A stretch of DNA of 64,000 nucleotides from Rhina ancylostomus (Eukaryota): NCBI GenBank assembly GCA_030265395.1, contig JARFYF010000112.1:62910764-62974763 (forward strand), in the 5' to 3' direction. Positions 25,215 through 38,680 of this stretch are shown here, in pieces (positions within the stretch are counted from its first letter, which is position 1; every line of letters starts with the position of its first letter). The position numbers and the translations under genes were made by a program. The notes under the pieces were generated by a model. That model made no database searches, had not been told where the DNA came from, and worked only from the letters and a program-made list of their open reading frames with translations.

Positions 25215-28200
25215 NNNNNNNNNNNNNNNNNNNNNNNNNNNNNNNNNNNNNNNNNNNNNNNNNNATTAAAGTCTTCAGAATGAATCTTCACACTGTCTCA
25301 CTCTGTCCTCAATACCTCTCTCCTCACCTTATAGAAACCTCCTCAAACCCTGTATCAGTGATAGTGTTTTCAATCACCTTGCTCCTATAACTGTTCAGCA
25401 TCCACTTCTCCTCTGTGATGTACCTTAAAGATGCCATTTAAATATATTGTTCCTGACATCGAATGACTATTTTATTTCTTAAGGGAATCCATTGTAGTGT
25501 TTAACTGGTATATGGTTATTCAATTTATGCAATGAATGCAACTTAAATACAATCTACAGCAATTCTCACTTGACCATTTGCATATTGGAACTAATATAAA
25601 ATGGGAAACTATCTCATTAGTACAAGTGGTTTTCCTCATTCATTATCCTGAATATCTCCCATTTTCCACAACCTCACAAGCACCATCCTCATGTGAAACA
25701 GAAAAAATTTTGAAGAGGAAAATCGAAATGACTTCTGGCTAAGTGGGGACAGTAGAGAAATGATGCACAACCAACCAGACTAAAATCCCTGTGACAAGAA
25801 TATGAGAATGTGTGCATGAGCAGCATGACCTAATCAATAAGATATTTTAGATTGAAAATTCTAATGTAGTGCTGGTTCTGTATGTGTACATGTAGAGTAA
25901 GCATTTAGGATGCTAACATAAAATTATACAGTAATCAAAACAGAGTCTGTGAGTAGAATCTAAGAATAGGAACAGAGTGTCAGAGCTGCTCTGCCATCAG
26001 ATTTATATTGGAATAACATGTCGTTTATGNNNNNNNNNNNNNNNNNNNNNNNNNNNNNNNNNNNNNNNNNNNNNNNNNNNNNNNNNNNNNNNNNNNNNNN
26101 NNNNNNNNNNNNNNNNNNNNNNNNNNNNNNNNNNNNNNNNNNNNNNNNNNNNNNNNNNNNNNNNNNNNNNNNNNNNNNNNNNNNNNNNNNNNNNNNNNNN
26201 NNNNNNNNNNNNNNNNNNNNNNNNNNNNNNNNNNNNNNNNNNNNNNNNNNNNNNNNNNNNNNNNNNNNNNNNNNNNNNNNNNNNNNNNNNNNNNNNNNNN
26301 NNNNNNNNNNNNGCTTCTGTGGCCCAAGGCACAGAATTAGTTTTGCCACTCGATAATTTGACTGATTCACTTCACCGCCCAGAACAGGACATTTTATGCT
26401 TGATTTATATGTAATCAAGTCACCTGCTCAGTGCTGGGAAAGGCCAAGTCAATCCTAATCTGCTGAGTACTGAATGTCTGGTGAAGAATACAACACATCA
26501 ACGTGTTTCCTGCCACACTACAAAGATTTTATTAACATGGTTATTAACTCTTTCTGTTCTTGGTTTTAAAAGCTGCAATAATATCTATCATAACATTAAA
26601 CTTGAAACCCAACCAAGTATAATTTAGCAAATCTGATACAAGTAGGATTACTAGGAGAAGCAAATCTTTGCCAAGGACCATTTGCCACAAAGTTTGCACT
26701 TCGGTAGTTTTTTTGCACCACTTATGGCCAAATTGCAAGCCAATTGTGAAAATACCATTTTAAATCCTCCACCCTGTGTTACATATTGATAGAAATTCCT
26801 TTGTTACATGGGCACATTGAAATAGATATCACCAAATAAATGTAACATCCAATGCCCAGCTCTAATTTAACTATTATTTCCATTGTTCTTGAATATATTT
26901 GTCAGTTTTCCTAGTTGTACAATCAGAATCTTGATCTGCAATACAGATAGATTATTATGACTCTGACATGGGGTCCTTCACTCATTCCACTGATGCTTTT
27001 CATACACAGAGGAAGCTTTCAGAGTATTGGAAGGTGTCCACATGATATTAGAAATGATGATTTTTCATCTGCAACACTGCTTGTTACAACTGATCCTATC
27101 TTGTTGGATCAGGGCTAATATGCCCCTAGCCATGAATTCAGATCAGCTGAGTTTAGTTAATTCACCAAAAATAGAAGATTGGACTCTCTGGGTGTGTATG
27201 ATTCAATGTTACATTGAATCATGCTTTTGACCAAATTATGGTTTATAACCTAAAGAGAAAAAGAAGATAACCTGCTGAAAAATAACACTGTGGGTACTAT
27301 TCTAGAATAGAAGAATTAGCACCAAGAAAAAGAATGTAGAATCTTCATAGAGTTAAATGCAATTTAAAGGCAGTTATTGAGTTATGTAAATCTGGGTCAC
27401 TGACGAATAAAGTTCAAATACTTCAGTTCATTTCTAATTCTTTGTAACCCTTTCTGTGAAGAAGCTTGTGCAATACAATACATGCTGCAATTGGATTCAT
27501 GAACTACAAGTGCATGATCAGGCAGAGCCCTGTCATTAACAATTAAAGGTGACCTTGTCATATTTAATAACTGCAGAGCACAAATACTTTTCCAATGCTT
27601 AAAGGTTAATGAAAATTGTCACTGTACCTCCATTTGTCTCGCTGTGGGCCACGGTCTTGTTAGTTCCGAAATTTTCAAACACATTTCTATTTTATGTGTG
27701 TAAGAACTGTAGAAGACAAATTCTCTTTAGTTGTTTTGGGGCAAACCAGATGGAGTTCAGACACTATGGGATGTGTCATTTATCACAGTGACAGCAGGTA
27801 GGTAGAAATGCTCCTAGCAGCCCTGGATAAGTCATCCCTTTTCATATGTAGCAGCTTTAGGGTAGCAATATTGGATTTTCAAGGAAATAAAGAGATTTTA
27901 AATTGAATTTAAGTCACAACTTGTAGAACACTGCATAATGTTAACCCATTCCCACCTATTTTAGAGAAATGATTTTTAAATGATACTCACAGCTCTTTTA
28001 TGACTACAATGGATGTGGAAAATTGACTATGATCATTTTTATGTAATGTGAGCATTGCAGTTGACCCTCACCATAACCCACTCTATACCATGCAATTCCT
28101 GACTCCTTTGATGATAGGGAAACCATTAAAGAAAATCTTGTGTATAGAATCTGCATCATTTAGAACGTGATTCTGTCTAATTCCAGCAACAGTAATACTG

Positions 28201-28877
28201 AGGGCCAACCCTACCAATATTCACATCTTAGTTCAAAATGTCTGACACTCATCAGCTCTTTCCAATCATCAAAATTCACTATGACAGATGACAGTGGTGA
28301 GCAAAATTCAATGCACACAAAACATCACAGTAACACGACCTGGCAGTAAAATGTAGCTCTGGTTTATATTATAATGAAAGCAAAACCCACACATCAGCAT
28401 TCAGAGCAATTTAAATGGTGCCTTTAATATACTACTTCTTCCCTCATATGATTTTCCCCTGCTTCCTCTGCCCATGCAGGATTCCCTTTAGTGCTTCCTG
28501 GCCCTTCAGGCTGTGGGATTAGTCTTTATTCATTGGAAGCGGAAGAAAGTCACAGTAACGAATGTCAGCATTGCATTCAGTCCCTGTCTTGTAAAAGAAT
28601 GGGAGATAGCCAAGCTAATGGACCTCTTACATGAGATACCACCCCACCCTATCTCATACAAATGCAGGAGCGTTGCTAAGTCCAAAGCTTTCAACATCAC
28701 AATTTTCCGGGCCACACAAATGAAAATATTTGTGAATAGTGAATAAAATTTTTTTGAAGAATCTTCAAGTAATTCTGAGCTATTAAAACCTTAGATCTTT
28801 ATCCTAATTTAAACTGGATCATAAATTCTAACATTTATGCAGAAATTTACTTTTATGTGCACCAGAGGGACCATGGA

Positions 28878-29690
28878 GTACTGTAGAACAGCGGGACCTT
28901 GGAGTACAAATACATAGTTCTCTGAAAGCAGCATCACTAGCTCAATGTAACTGCACTATGCAATGAATTGACCTGTACGATTGGTATGCAAGACAAGTTT
29001 TTCACTGTACCTCAGTACAAGTGAAAATAATAAACCAATAACAATACAGGAAGATGAAGAGGCTTTTAGCCCACTGCCCTTTATGTCAGGGTATTGAGTG
29101 TAGGAGTTGGGACATTATGATGCATTTGTACAAGACATTGGTAACACGTTGATGGATTAGTGTGTACAGTTTTGGTTACCCTGTTAAAGGAAGTCATTAA
29201 GCTGGAAAGAGTGCAAAGAATANNNNNNNNNNNNNNNNNNNNNNNNNNNNNNNNNNNNNNNNNNNNNNNNNNNNNNNNNNNNNNNNNNNNNNNNNNNNNN
29301 NNNNNNNNNNNNNNGGAGTGACCTTTCAGAGGTGTGTAAAATCATGAGAGGAGATAGGGTGAATACACAGTCTTTTTCCCAGGGAAAGGGAATCAAAAAC
29401 TAGAGGGCATAGATTTAAAGTGAGAGGGGAAAGATTTAAACGGGGCCTGAGAGGAAACTTCATAATGCAGAGATTGGTATATATATGGATTGAGCTGCCA
29501 GACGAAGTGGTTGAGGCAAGTACATTAACAACATTTAAAAGACCTTTGGACAGGTACATAGATGGGAAAGGTTTAGAGAGATACGGGCTAAATGCAGGCA
29601 GGTGGGACTAGTTTATATGGACATCATGGTCGGCGTGGATGAGTTGGGTTAAAGGGCCTGTTTCCATGCTGTATGACCCTATGAGTCTTA
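28878..29690 (+). mobile_element. CR1/HER1 LINE 3' fragment, interrupted by a Rex1 tail and an N gap
   Basis: VEQRDLGVQIHSSLK and RGERFKRGLRGNFIMQRLVYIWIELPDEVVEA; tail gggcctgtttccatgctgtatgaccctatg. Confidence 0.88.
28938..29046 (+). mobile_element. Rex1 3' UTR tail nested inside the CR1 copy
   Basis: ttttcactgtacctcagtacaagtgaaaataataaaccaataacaatac matches the Rex1 tail at 31705-31755; CR1 sequence is contiguous on either side (gcatcac | aggaagatgaagaggc). Confidence 0.75.
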
Positions 29691-30387
29691 TTTGTTCTTT
29701 TGCAATAGTAAAGGAATCTGATTGGTTTTGAAAATCACAGATGAGACAATAGCACAGTCCTTCTAATTTACTTCCAGTGGAGCAGTAGGAAACAAATGTT
29801 ACTTCCTTGACTAACTTGCAAAATCTAATATCCAGCTTCACATACAGTAGCATTTGATAGCACAATTGATGCCCTGAATCAGGTCATCGGATTGCCAAGG
29901 AAGCCTTTTGGTGCAATATTTGGAGCCTTGAGGAGGCAGCACTTCCTACTAGATCACTGGGCCACCCAAATTACTGAATAAAATGTCTCAAAAATACCTG
30001 CACAGTTACCAGAATCACTGATTTCTGGAAATACAGTTAAATAACCTGTGGTTGCATAATATTTCAGGTTTTTGTTGGTCTTTTCAAGAAGATAGTATTT
30101 GGAATTTGTACAGCAAAAACAAGAGCATGGGTTGAAGCACAGTCACTCTTGCAAAGAACAAACACAGACAGAATAGGCCAGATGGCTGACTCTTGTGTTG
30201 TAAGTTACTAAGATTCCATAAAAAAATTTGACTTTCTTTCCCTTTGGCTTCTCACCCACAATGTCATCCCCAAACAAAAGAAATCCAATCAGGGCAATAA
30301 TGTGAGTGACCCCTTGGGGGCCCTGGGTCAAAGGGAATGGTTGAGCCTTTGCCTCATAGTTCCAGTATTCTGTGCCAAAGCCATCAG

Positions 30388-31185
30388 GTCAAAGTTAAAG
30401 TGGAAGTTGAGTTTATTGTCACATGCACAAGTACATGTGCGCACAGGTACAATTAAAAACTTACTTGCAGCAGCATCACTGCCACATAGCATCATATAAG
30501 CAGCATTCACAAGAAAAACATAAATTAAACATAAATTATACAGAATGTTTAATAAGAAAAAAAACACAATTAGAACCAAAAAAAAGTCCATTTTAGTGCA
30601 AAGTGATCATAGTATTGCTAAACTGTGGTGATTAGGATTTTGCTGGTTGGTTCAAGAACCAAATGGTTGAAGGGAAGTAGCTATTCTTGAACTTGGACAT
30701 GTGGACTTCCGACTTCTGTACCTCCTGCCTGATGGTAGCTGCGAAAAGAAGGCATGGCCCAGATGGTGGGGATCTTTGATGACAGATGTTGTCTTCTTGA
30801 GGCAGCGCCTCCTGTAGATACCACCGATGGTGGGGAGGGATGCGCCTGAGATGTATTGGGCAGAGTCCACTACTTTCTGCAACTTCTTACATTCTTGTGT
30901 ATTTGAATTGCTGTACCAAACCATGATGCAACCAGTCAGGATACTTTCAACAGTACATCTGTAGAAATTTGTTGGATTGATTGGTGACAAGCTGACCCTC
31001 CTTTAACCTGCTAAGGAAGTAAAGATGCTGGCACACTTTCCTTATGATTGCATCTATGTGCTGGGCCCAGAACAGTTAACACCCAGAAATTTAAAGCTGC
31101 TGACTCTCTCCACCACCGATTCTCCAATGTAGGCTGGCAAATGTTTGCCCTCCTTCCCCTTCCTGATGTCAACAATCAGCTCTTT
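30388..31185 (-). mobile_element. Rex1/Babar LINE 3' fragment, runs into a gap
   Basis: TNFYRCTVESILTGCIMVWY...KLQKVVDSAQYI...IKDPHHLGH...LPSGRRYRS; same subfamily as 33440-34535. Confidence 0.92.
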
Positions 31186-31383
31186 NNNNNNNNNNNNNNN
31201 NNNNNNNNNNNNNNNNNNNNNNNNNNNNNNNNNNNNNNNNNNNNNNNNNNNNNNNNNNNNNNNNNNNNNNNNNNNNNNNNNNNNNCACTTGACAATAAGC
31301 TGTGCAGTGATGAATTGGCTAACCTCAGTCAGTAGGCAGGATGTGTGGTAAAAACATATTGTTAGGTACTGGAAGTCTAAAAT

Positions 31384-31755
31384 TAGCAGCTACCATAATC
31401 AAGGACCCATCCCACCCTGGTCATTCTTTCTTCTCCCCTCTTCCATTAAGCAGAAGATACAAAAGCTTGAGAGCATGTACCACCAGGCTCAAGGACAGCT
31501 TCTGTCCCACCGTTATCAGACTCTTGAATGGACCTCTCAGGTGCTAAAAGATGAACTCTTCATCTCCCAATCTACCTCTTCATGGCCTTTGCACTTTATT
31601 TGTCTAACTACACTGCACTTCCTCTGTAACTGTAATGTTATATTCTGCATTCTGTTTTTGTTTGTCCTACCTCAATGTACCTATGGAATGGCATGCAAAC
31701 AAAAACTTTTCACTGTATCTCAGTATGTGTGACAATAATAAACCAACACCAATAC
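31384..31755 (+). mobile_element. Rex1/Babar LINE 3' end (second subfamily)
   Basis: AATIIKDPSHPGHSFFSPLPLSRRYKSLRACTTRLKDSFCPTVIRLLNGP; aataataaaccaacaccaata tail. Confidence 0.9.
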
Positions 31756-31944
31756 TAGCAGTTCAGGTAGCTTCTGTGAACACAGACATTTGATTAGAAC
31801 TTGAAAACTTAAAAATAAAACAAGTTTTCAGATGTGAGGAATATCTGAAGGAGTTAAAGGAACAGCTGCATATGGAATACCTGCACCCTTTGCCAAAGTT
31901 ATAGCAGTAGAGTATCAGCACGATCATGTACCCTACAGAGTGAT

Positions 31945-32578
31945 ACATTGCCCATGTATGTCCAGTTTGCAGTGGATCATCAGCAAAGGGATGGAAGCAG
32001 AGCTTTCAAGTGGCATTTACTCACTAATAACCTGCTCATGAATGCCCAGTTTGGGTTTGCCAAAACAATCTGGCTCCAAACCTCATCATAGCCTTGGTCC
32101 AAGCATGGATCAAAGAGCTGAATTTTGAAGGTATGGTGAGTGTGACTGCCCTTGACACCAAGTCAGCATTGAGTGTGACATTAAGGAGACCTGATAAAAC
32201 TGGTCAGTGGCTGGAGTCAAACCTCACAGAAGAAAGATCATTGTAGATGTCAGAGTCAATCATTCCAGTCCTATAACCTCAGTGCAGGAGTTCCTCAAGG
32301 CTGTGTTCCATGCCAAGACAGCTTAATCTGCTTCATCAATGGAAGTCCATCATAAGGTTACAGTTAGTGATGTTCGCTGATGATTGCACAGTGTTCAATT
32401 CTATTCACAGTTCCTCAATAAATTAACTGTGGCTGCATGCAGCGAGATCTAGACAACATTCAGTCTTGGGATGACAAGTGGCAAGTAACATTTGTGCCAC
32501 AAATGTGTCAGGCAATGAGTATCTCCACAAGTGAGAAGCTACATATCCTTGATATCAATGGCATTGCCACCATAAAGT
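31945..32578 (+). mobile_element. Decayed RT region of a CR1/L2-group (Crack/Daphne-like) LINE
   Basis: IISKGME, HLLTNNLLMNAQFGF, ALVQAWIKELN, VTALDTK, AGVPQG, MFADDCTVF, DLDNIQSWDDKWQVTFVP. Confidence 0.8.
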
Positions 32579-33439
32579 ATGATTTGTAATTATCAGCAGG
32601 GTAGAGGAGGGATAAACTTTCAAAATATTTAACGAAGTTTGTCATGTGTTAAACTCAGAAGAACCAACAGTGACACCAGCCAGTATCAAAGAGAAAATGT
32701 GACAAATTGGGTGCTCACTGGATAAACTTAACCTAACTAGCATAAACGCCCAAGTGATAGTAGATTTATGATCATGTAGTTCAAGACATAAAACCATATT
32801 ATATATTTGCCACTAGAGGACAGTATAGTACAGAATATTTCAGTTAAATCTGCTGTGCCTAAGCCCTAACATGAACAATTTTTAAATTTGTCAAATCTCA
32901 CAGTAGTATTAAAAGGAGTTCACTGGATACGAAGTGTCTTATTTGTGTTTTACTGATGAATTGTAAACCAGAAGTATGAATATGAATTGACCAGAAATAA
33001 GAGTATGTGGAAAATGTCATTTTATTTCAACATTGCTTTGCAACACAAAAAGAACCTCCAGCCCACTGAGTTTATGCCAGCTCTCAGACCAATCATGTTC
33101 CCTCACTAATTTTCCCTGTAACCTATTCTCCTAATATTCCCAACTTTCCCTTCCCATGCAGATCATATTATATTTGGATGAGCATGCCTTTGATTAACAT
33201 GTCCATGCAGATATTCAGAAGGCTAAGTGCAGAAAGAGAAAATATTGCAGGTAAATGTCTGAATCTGGTGCAGTGAATTTTGTTTGTCATGCTTCAAACT
33301 GGGCATTGTTGAACAAGTTACTGGTGAGACCATGGCCAATGACACCGTTGTCATTTTGTTCTTGGGTGAATGTGTGGTAATTATTGGTTTTGTCATTTTT
33401 TTTCCATGAACAGGACATACCCTGAAAATATTCTGCATT

Positions 33440-34535
33440 GTCAAAGTTGAAGTCAAGTTTGTTGTCAGAGGCACAAGTACATGTATGCACTGGTGCAATG
33501 AAAAACTTACTTGCAGCAGCATCACAGGCACATAGATTCAGATAAACAGCATTCACAAGAAAAATATAAATTAAACATGAATTATACTCAATTTTTGCAA
33601 GAAAACACAATTAGAACAAAAATCAAAAGGTCCATTTTAGTGCAAAGTGATCAGAGTGGTTATAGTGTTACTGAACTGTTGTGATTCGGGTTTTGTCGGC
33701 TGGTTAAAGGACCAAATGGTTTTCTTGAACCTGGTTGTGTGGGACTTCAGGCTTCTGTATCTCCTGCCTGATGGTGGCTGCGAAAAGATGACATGGCCTA
33801 GATGGTGGGGATCTTTGATATTAGATGTTGCCTTCTTGAGGCTGTGCCTCCTGTAGATACTACTGATGGTGGGGAGGGATATACCTGTGATGTAATGGGA
33901 AGAGTCCACTACTCTCTGCAGCTTCTTACATTCCTGTGCATTCAATATGCCGTACCAGACCATGATGCAACCAGTCAGGATACTTTCAACAGTACATCTG
34001 CAGAAGTTTGTTAGAGTGTTTGGTGACAAGCTGAACCTCCTTAACCTCCTAAGAAAGTAAAGACACTGGCGCACCTTCCTTGTGATTGCATCTATGTGCT
34101 GGGTCCAGGACAGGTCATCTGATACGTTAACATCCAGGAATTTAAAACTGCTGACTCTCTCCACCATTACTCCCCCAGTGTAGATTGGCACATGTTTGCC
34201 TTCCTTCCCCTTCCTGAAGTCAATGATCAGCTCTTTAGTTTTGCTGATGTTGAGTGAGAGGTTGTTGTTGTGGCACCATTCAACCAGCTGTCCTATCTCG
34301 CTCCGGTAAACTGAGTCATCTCCACCTATGATTTGTCCAACAACAGTAGTGTCATCGGTGAATCTGAAGATGGCTTTGGAGCTGTGCTTAGCCACACACT
34401 CGTGTGTATAGAGAGTTGAGCAGGGAGGTAAGCATGCAGCCTTGAGCTGCACCTATGTTGTTGGTCAACGAGGAGGAGATGTTGTTACCAATCCTCACTG
34501 ATTGAGGTCTGCCAATGAGGAAGTTGGGTATCCAG
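33440..34535 (-). mobile_element. Rex1/Babar LINE, 1.1 kb 3' fragment with an uninterrupted 271-aa RT C-terminal frame (33637-34452)
   Basis: LYTHECVAKHSSKAIFRFTDDTTVVG...LVEWCHNNNLSLNISKTKELIIDFRK...LYFLRRLRRF...GRRYRSLKSHTTRF. Confidence 0.95.
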
Positions 34536-35439
34536 GTAATGGGAGGATCAGATGTGATTTCATCCCATCCTACCTCATATTAAGTGGATCACTGACATGA
34601 TTAAATCTCACATTTGAATTCTGGACAGTTATTAGGAGGTTAGAGGGGGATGTATCCCTGTGGTACTATACCCAGCAGGGGACCAACACATTGGAGAGAG
34701 GAAGGAACTGGAGAAAACTGGCAAAAAATCTTCAAAAATAGTGCTTTACATTTAAAAGTGTTGATTATAAAAAAGATCAAAGTACCATTATAAAAAATAT
34801 ATAAATGAAGAACTGATATCAGAACTCTGAATCTGAGAATTCACTTTATGTAAGTTATTTGTTGTTATTTCTTATTGATAAAACCAACAACTCTCATCGC
34901 ATCTTGGGAGAAAATGGCAATATATAACTTGAGCAATGAATTAGAGTATCAAACAACATTGAATCTGAAACAATGTAACAACAAAGCTATATTGTTTTTT
35001 ATGAATACTCAAAAATCCAATATTCCAACCTCTACTGAAGCATAAAACCCCCTGAAGGACAAGCCTATTCAATCAATATTAGTTCATTTCAATTGAAGAG
35101 CTGTACAATGTCTGTGCTGATGATTTTATGGATTTCATTACCTGTTGGTGAGATGATTCCTGGCGATAAGAGACCTGGGACAGCATGGGGTATGATGCGA
35201 GAATTTTCTGGCAACGTGACACTCAGAGTACGTTTTGGGGGTCTTCCAGGCCTTGAGCTGTTGTGGAAGGAAAGAAGTTTATTTTAATTGTATTGGTTAC
35301 TTTCAAAAGAAACATATATTTTTAGATTGGTACCACTATGTCTCCCAATAACAACCAACTTATAGGACCATGAAATGTAAAACCATAAATCCTGCAGAAC
35401 ATCTACCAGAGCTTGTCTAGTCAATTCTACTTCTATTTC

Positions 35440-35812
35440 CACTCATTCATGGGAACGTGAACACTGCTGCCAAGGCCTGTGTTTAATGTCAATCCTTAAC
35501 TGTCCCTAAACCAAGTGGCTTGCCAGGTCATTTCAGAGGGTGATCAAGATTGAATCGCATTGTTATGGGTCTAGAGGTCAAACTAGGAAAGGATAACTGA
35601 TATGTTTTCCTAAAGGACAAGGGTGAACAAAATTGATTTTAACAACAATCCTATAGTTTCATAGTCACCATTACTGTCGCCAGCTGTTTATTCTAGATTT
35701 ACTAAATTACTTGAATCTAAATTCCCTGGCTGTGTGATGAGATCCCAATTTCACTCTTCAGTTCAATAATCCAGGCCTCTGAATTCTAGTTAACCACAAT
35801 GCCACCATATCC
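35440..35812 (-). mobile_element. Decayed tRNA-type SINE (partner of the CR1/L2-group LINE)
   Basis: Minus-strand head atggtggcattgtggttaactag...agaggcctgg; core agtaatggtgactatgaaact...ggattgttgt; tail shared with the 37200 region. Confidence 0.6.
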
Positions 35813-37194
35813 ATTTTGCTCTGGGGGTGGGGGTTGTGGAAATAGTGAGGTGGAAACAGACCGACACATTTGAAACCAGTCTTCCTTCAACATTATTCAT
35901 AATCGAAGGGATTTTATTACTAGAGCATGTTAAATTAAATGCCTTTATTGCACCAGTGGGACTTGTTAATGGCTATTGATTTCTAAACAAATGCAAGAAA
36001 TATAGCACAACTTGGGTCTGAATTGTGCTGCATAATTTTTGAAATGCAAAGATCTGAAATGAATGGAAAGAGTATAAGATTCCAAACAATAAAATGGCCT
36101 TCATCAATGGGCAGGTCAAAAAGGATATTAAATGGTTCCCTCCCAAGCGAAATTAACTCTGTACAAGTATGCTTATTTTAAAATGACAAGGTCTCAACAT
36201 TAAAAATGTTTTACCATTCCAAGAATCGGATTAAAGAAGAAATGTTTCCCAGAGAAAAGTAATTTAGAAAATAATCCTGATCTGTTTTGAATTGGTTTTC
36301 AAAGCACATGCGGGGGTTCCTGCAAATGAGATTGGAATTAGAAATGATTGTTCAGATCACAGCAGAGAAAGGGGATGGGCAAGTGTTGCAGAGAGTGAAT
36401 TTAAACGAGATTCATAAAAGTAAAATGGAACTATTTCATAAGTTTCCACAAACTTAGGACAACTTGGAGGATGGGAAGAATAAAAGATGAAAGCAAAAGC
36501 ATTTTTACCAGATAAATTGTAAATACATCACTGCCTTGTTCAGGGATTAATAACTTTATTCTAACTGCCTGAAGATTTCATTTGTGCAGAATCCCCTGCA
36601 GCAAAACAATCGCAATCATAAATCCCCAAGCAGATCAATAGCGTACATTTTCATGCATTACTAGAAAAAGAGACTGCAAACTATGCAAAAAGATATTCAC
36701 TCAAAATAATTTGTATCTGAAATGCTCAACAGAATGAAACAAGCTTTCTGATTTTAAGGTTGCTTTAACGGATTAGGAATGTAGTAAATATAATGAAGGT
36801 TATTTAAACTGTCAAAAGCAAGAGGATACAAAACAACTTTTTTTTAAACGAGCAGTTTTAATGAGACCTTTTAAAAAATAAGTTTCCGCTAAAATCTCAT
36901 AAAACCTGGCCGGCTTTGTTGATACAGGGTTGCTATTAAACTTTCCTAGTTTTCAAAGTAGAACTGATTCCGTTGTTAAATAGAAAGCTAAGAAACATGA
37001 CTTTCCCTTCCCAACGGATGGTTACCACTTTCTGAGCCTAGTTTTACAATCACAATACAAGATAGATTAACCCAGAGCATCAAAGCTCAGCTTGATGATT
37101 TGGTTCAGTGTGACTGAAGTTGAGCTCATGAAGTTATTGCTCGGGTCAGAGCTGAAAACTACACTGAAATGGCCCATATCTTTGTGGTTATGTT

Positions 37195-37760
37195 TGGTTT
37201 TCAATCACTTATGTGATATGGGTATCACTGACAAGGCCAGCATTTATTGTCCATATCTAATTGCCCTTGTAAAGAGGGGAGAGTTGGTGGGGTGAGCCTC
37301 CTCTTGAAATACTGAACTCTGTTGTGAAAATACTCCCAAAGTGCTGTTGGGTAGGGATATCCCAGATAAAGAGCGGATATCCCAGATATAGAGCCAGCAA
37401 TAATGAAGGAACAGTGAAATATTTCCAAGTCAGGAGGTGGTCTTCTGAAACATCTGCCACCCTTATCCTTCAGGACAGTTAAGTACAATGGTTGACCAGG
37501 TGCTATCCAAGAAGTGCAGTGAGTCTTGTTGATGACATTCACTACAGCTACCATGAGGCAGTAGTGGATGAAGTGGGTGCTTAGGGTGGTGGACAGGGTG
37601 CCATAAAAATGTTCCACATTGTTCAGGATGCTGTTTGAGTGTTGAGATGTACTCATTCCAAGCAAGTGGGAAACATTCCACCGAACTGCTGAATTATGTC
37701 TTATAGATAGTGGAAATGCTTTGGGAAATTGGGAGGTGAGTCTCTAGATGTAGTGCATAT
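37195..37760 (-). mobile_element. CR1/L2-group LINE 3' end (decayed)
   Basis: MECFPLAW..., SLHFLDSTW, TWKYFTVPSLLL remnants; caaggccagcatttattgtccatatctaattgcccttg tail. Confidence 0.7.
37355..37394. repeat. 20-bp tandem duplication within a LINE remnant
   Basis: ggatatcccagataaagagc / ggatatcccagatatagagc. Confidence 0.85.
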
Positions 37761-38680
37761 GGTAAAAAAACTGCAAAATTCTATTGCCATAATCCTGCAC
37801 AAACTACCCTTATTTACATCACATATTAGTTTGCATAGCCTACCATAGTAAATAACATGAGCACCTCTTATGAGTACATGCATATTCATTTTTTCCTTCG
37901 CTTCTTTTTACTTTGCTGATTTCCTGCCTCTTGTAGATAGCTAGAATTTTGAGCATCACATTCACCAACCAATAGGAAGTGCAAGGAAGCTGTCAGCTGT
38001 AACTTACCCTTGGATCGTTCCTCTCAGCCTTCACAAAACTGGCCAGATGCTCTCCCCACCAACCTGCCCCCTTCGTCATCCTGCCGTTCCTCCATTCAAT
38101 AAGCAATCTGCATTGTGGAGGGCTATAATCACAGAACTATGGTCTGAGCTCCTTCCATGTCACCGACAAACTTCGCACACCAACATGCTGAGCCCAGGCC
38201 TACTGACCATCTGAATCTGACCACCTGATTCCTGGGTTTAGAGAGACAGCAAGGCTGGCCCTCCACATCCAACCCAGGCAAGGGTGGGCAGGTGTGGATA
38301 TTACAGCGAATCTGGCATGTGGACTAAATCCAGCTCCCCTTGCCACGCTAATTCACCAAGCACCCTCCACATTTTTGTCATAAACATGCTGGGTTTTGCA
38401 CTCACTTCTTGGTCTGTACTCACTTGGAAGATTTCCATTTGTATAGCACCTTGTATGAGCTCAGCATGCCTCATAGCACTCAAGCAAAACCAAGTCTTGA
38501 CTTGGAACTTTAAAACAATCTTGAAAGGGGTTCGTCTCAGCATTGTACTCTTGATGAGATGGTTCCATACTTTAGTGATGGAACCATCTCACAAAGAATA
38601 ACATTTTTATGTGAGAGTAAATTTGCTTTTAGAAGATGTTTCTCATCATTTACCCTGAGGTAAATGGGGTACATACAACA

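Noticed and set aside
33637-34452. 271-aa ORF as a possible host gene
   Set aside because: It is the C-terminal part of a 5'-truncated Rex1 reverse transcriptase, with a sister copy 3 kb away.
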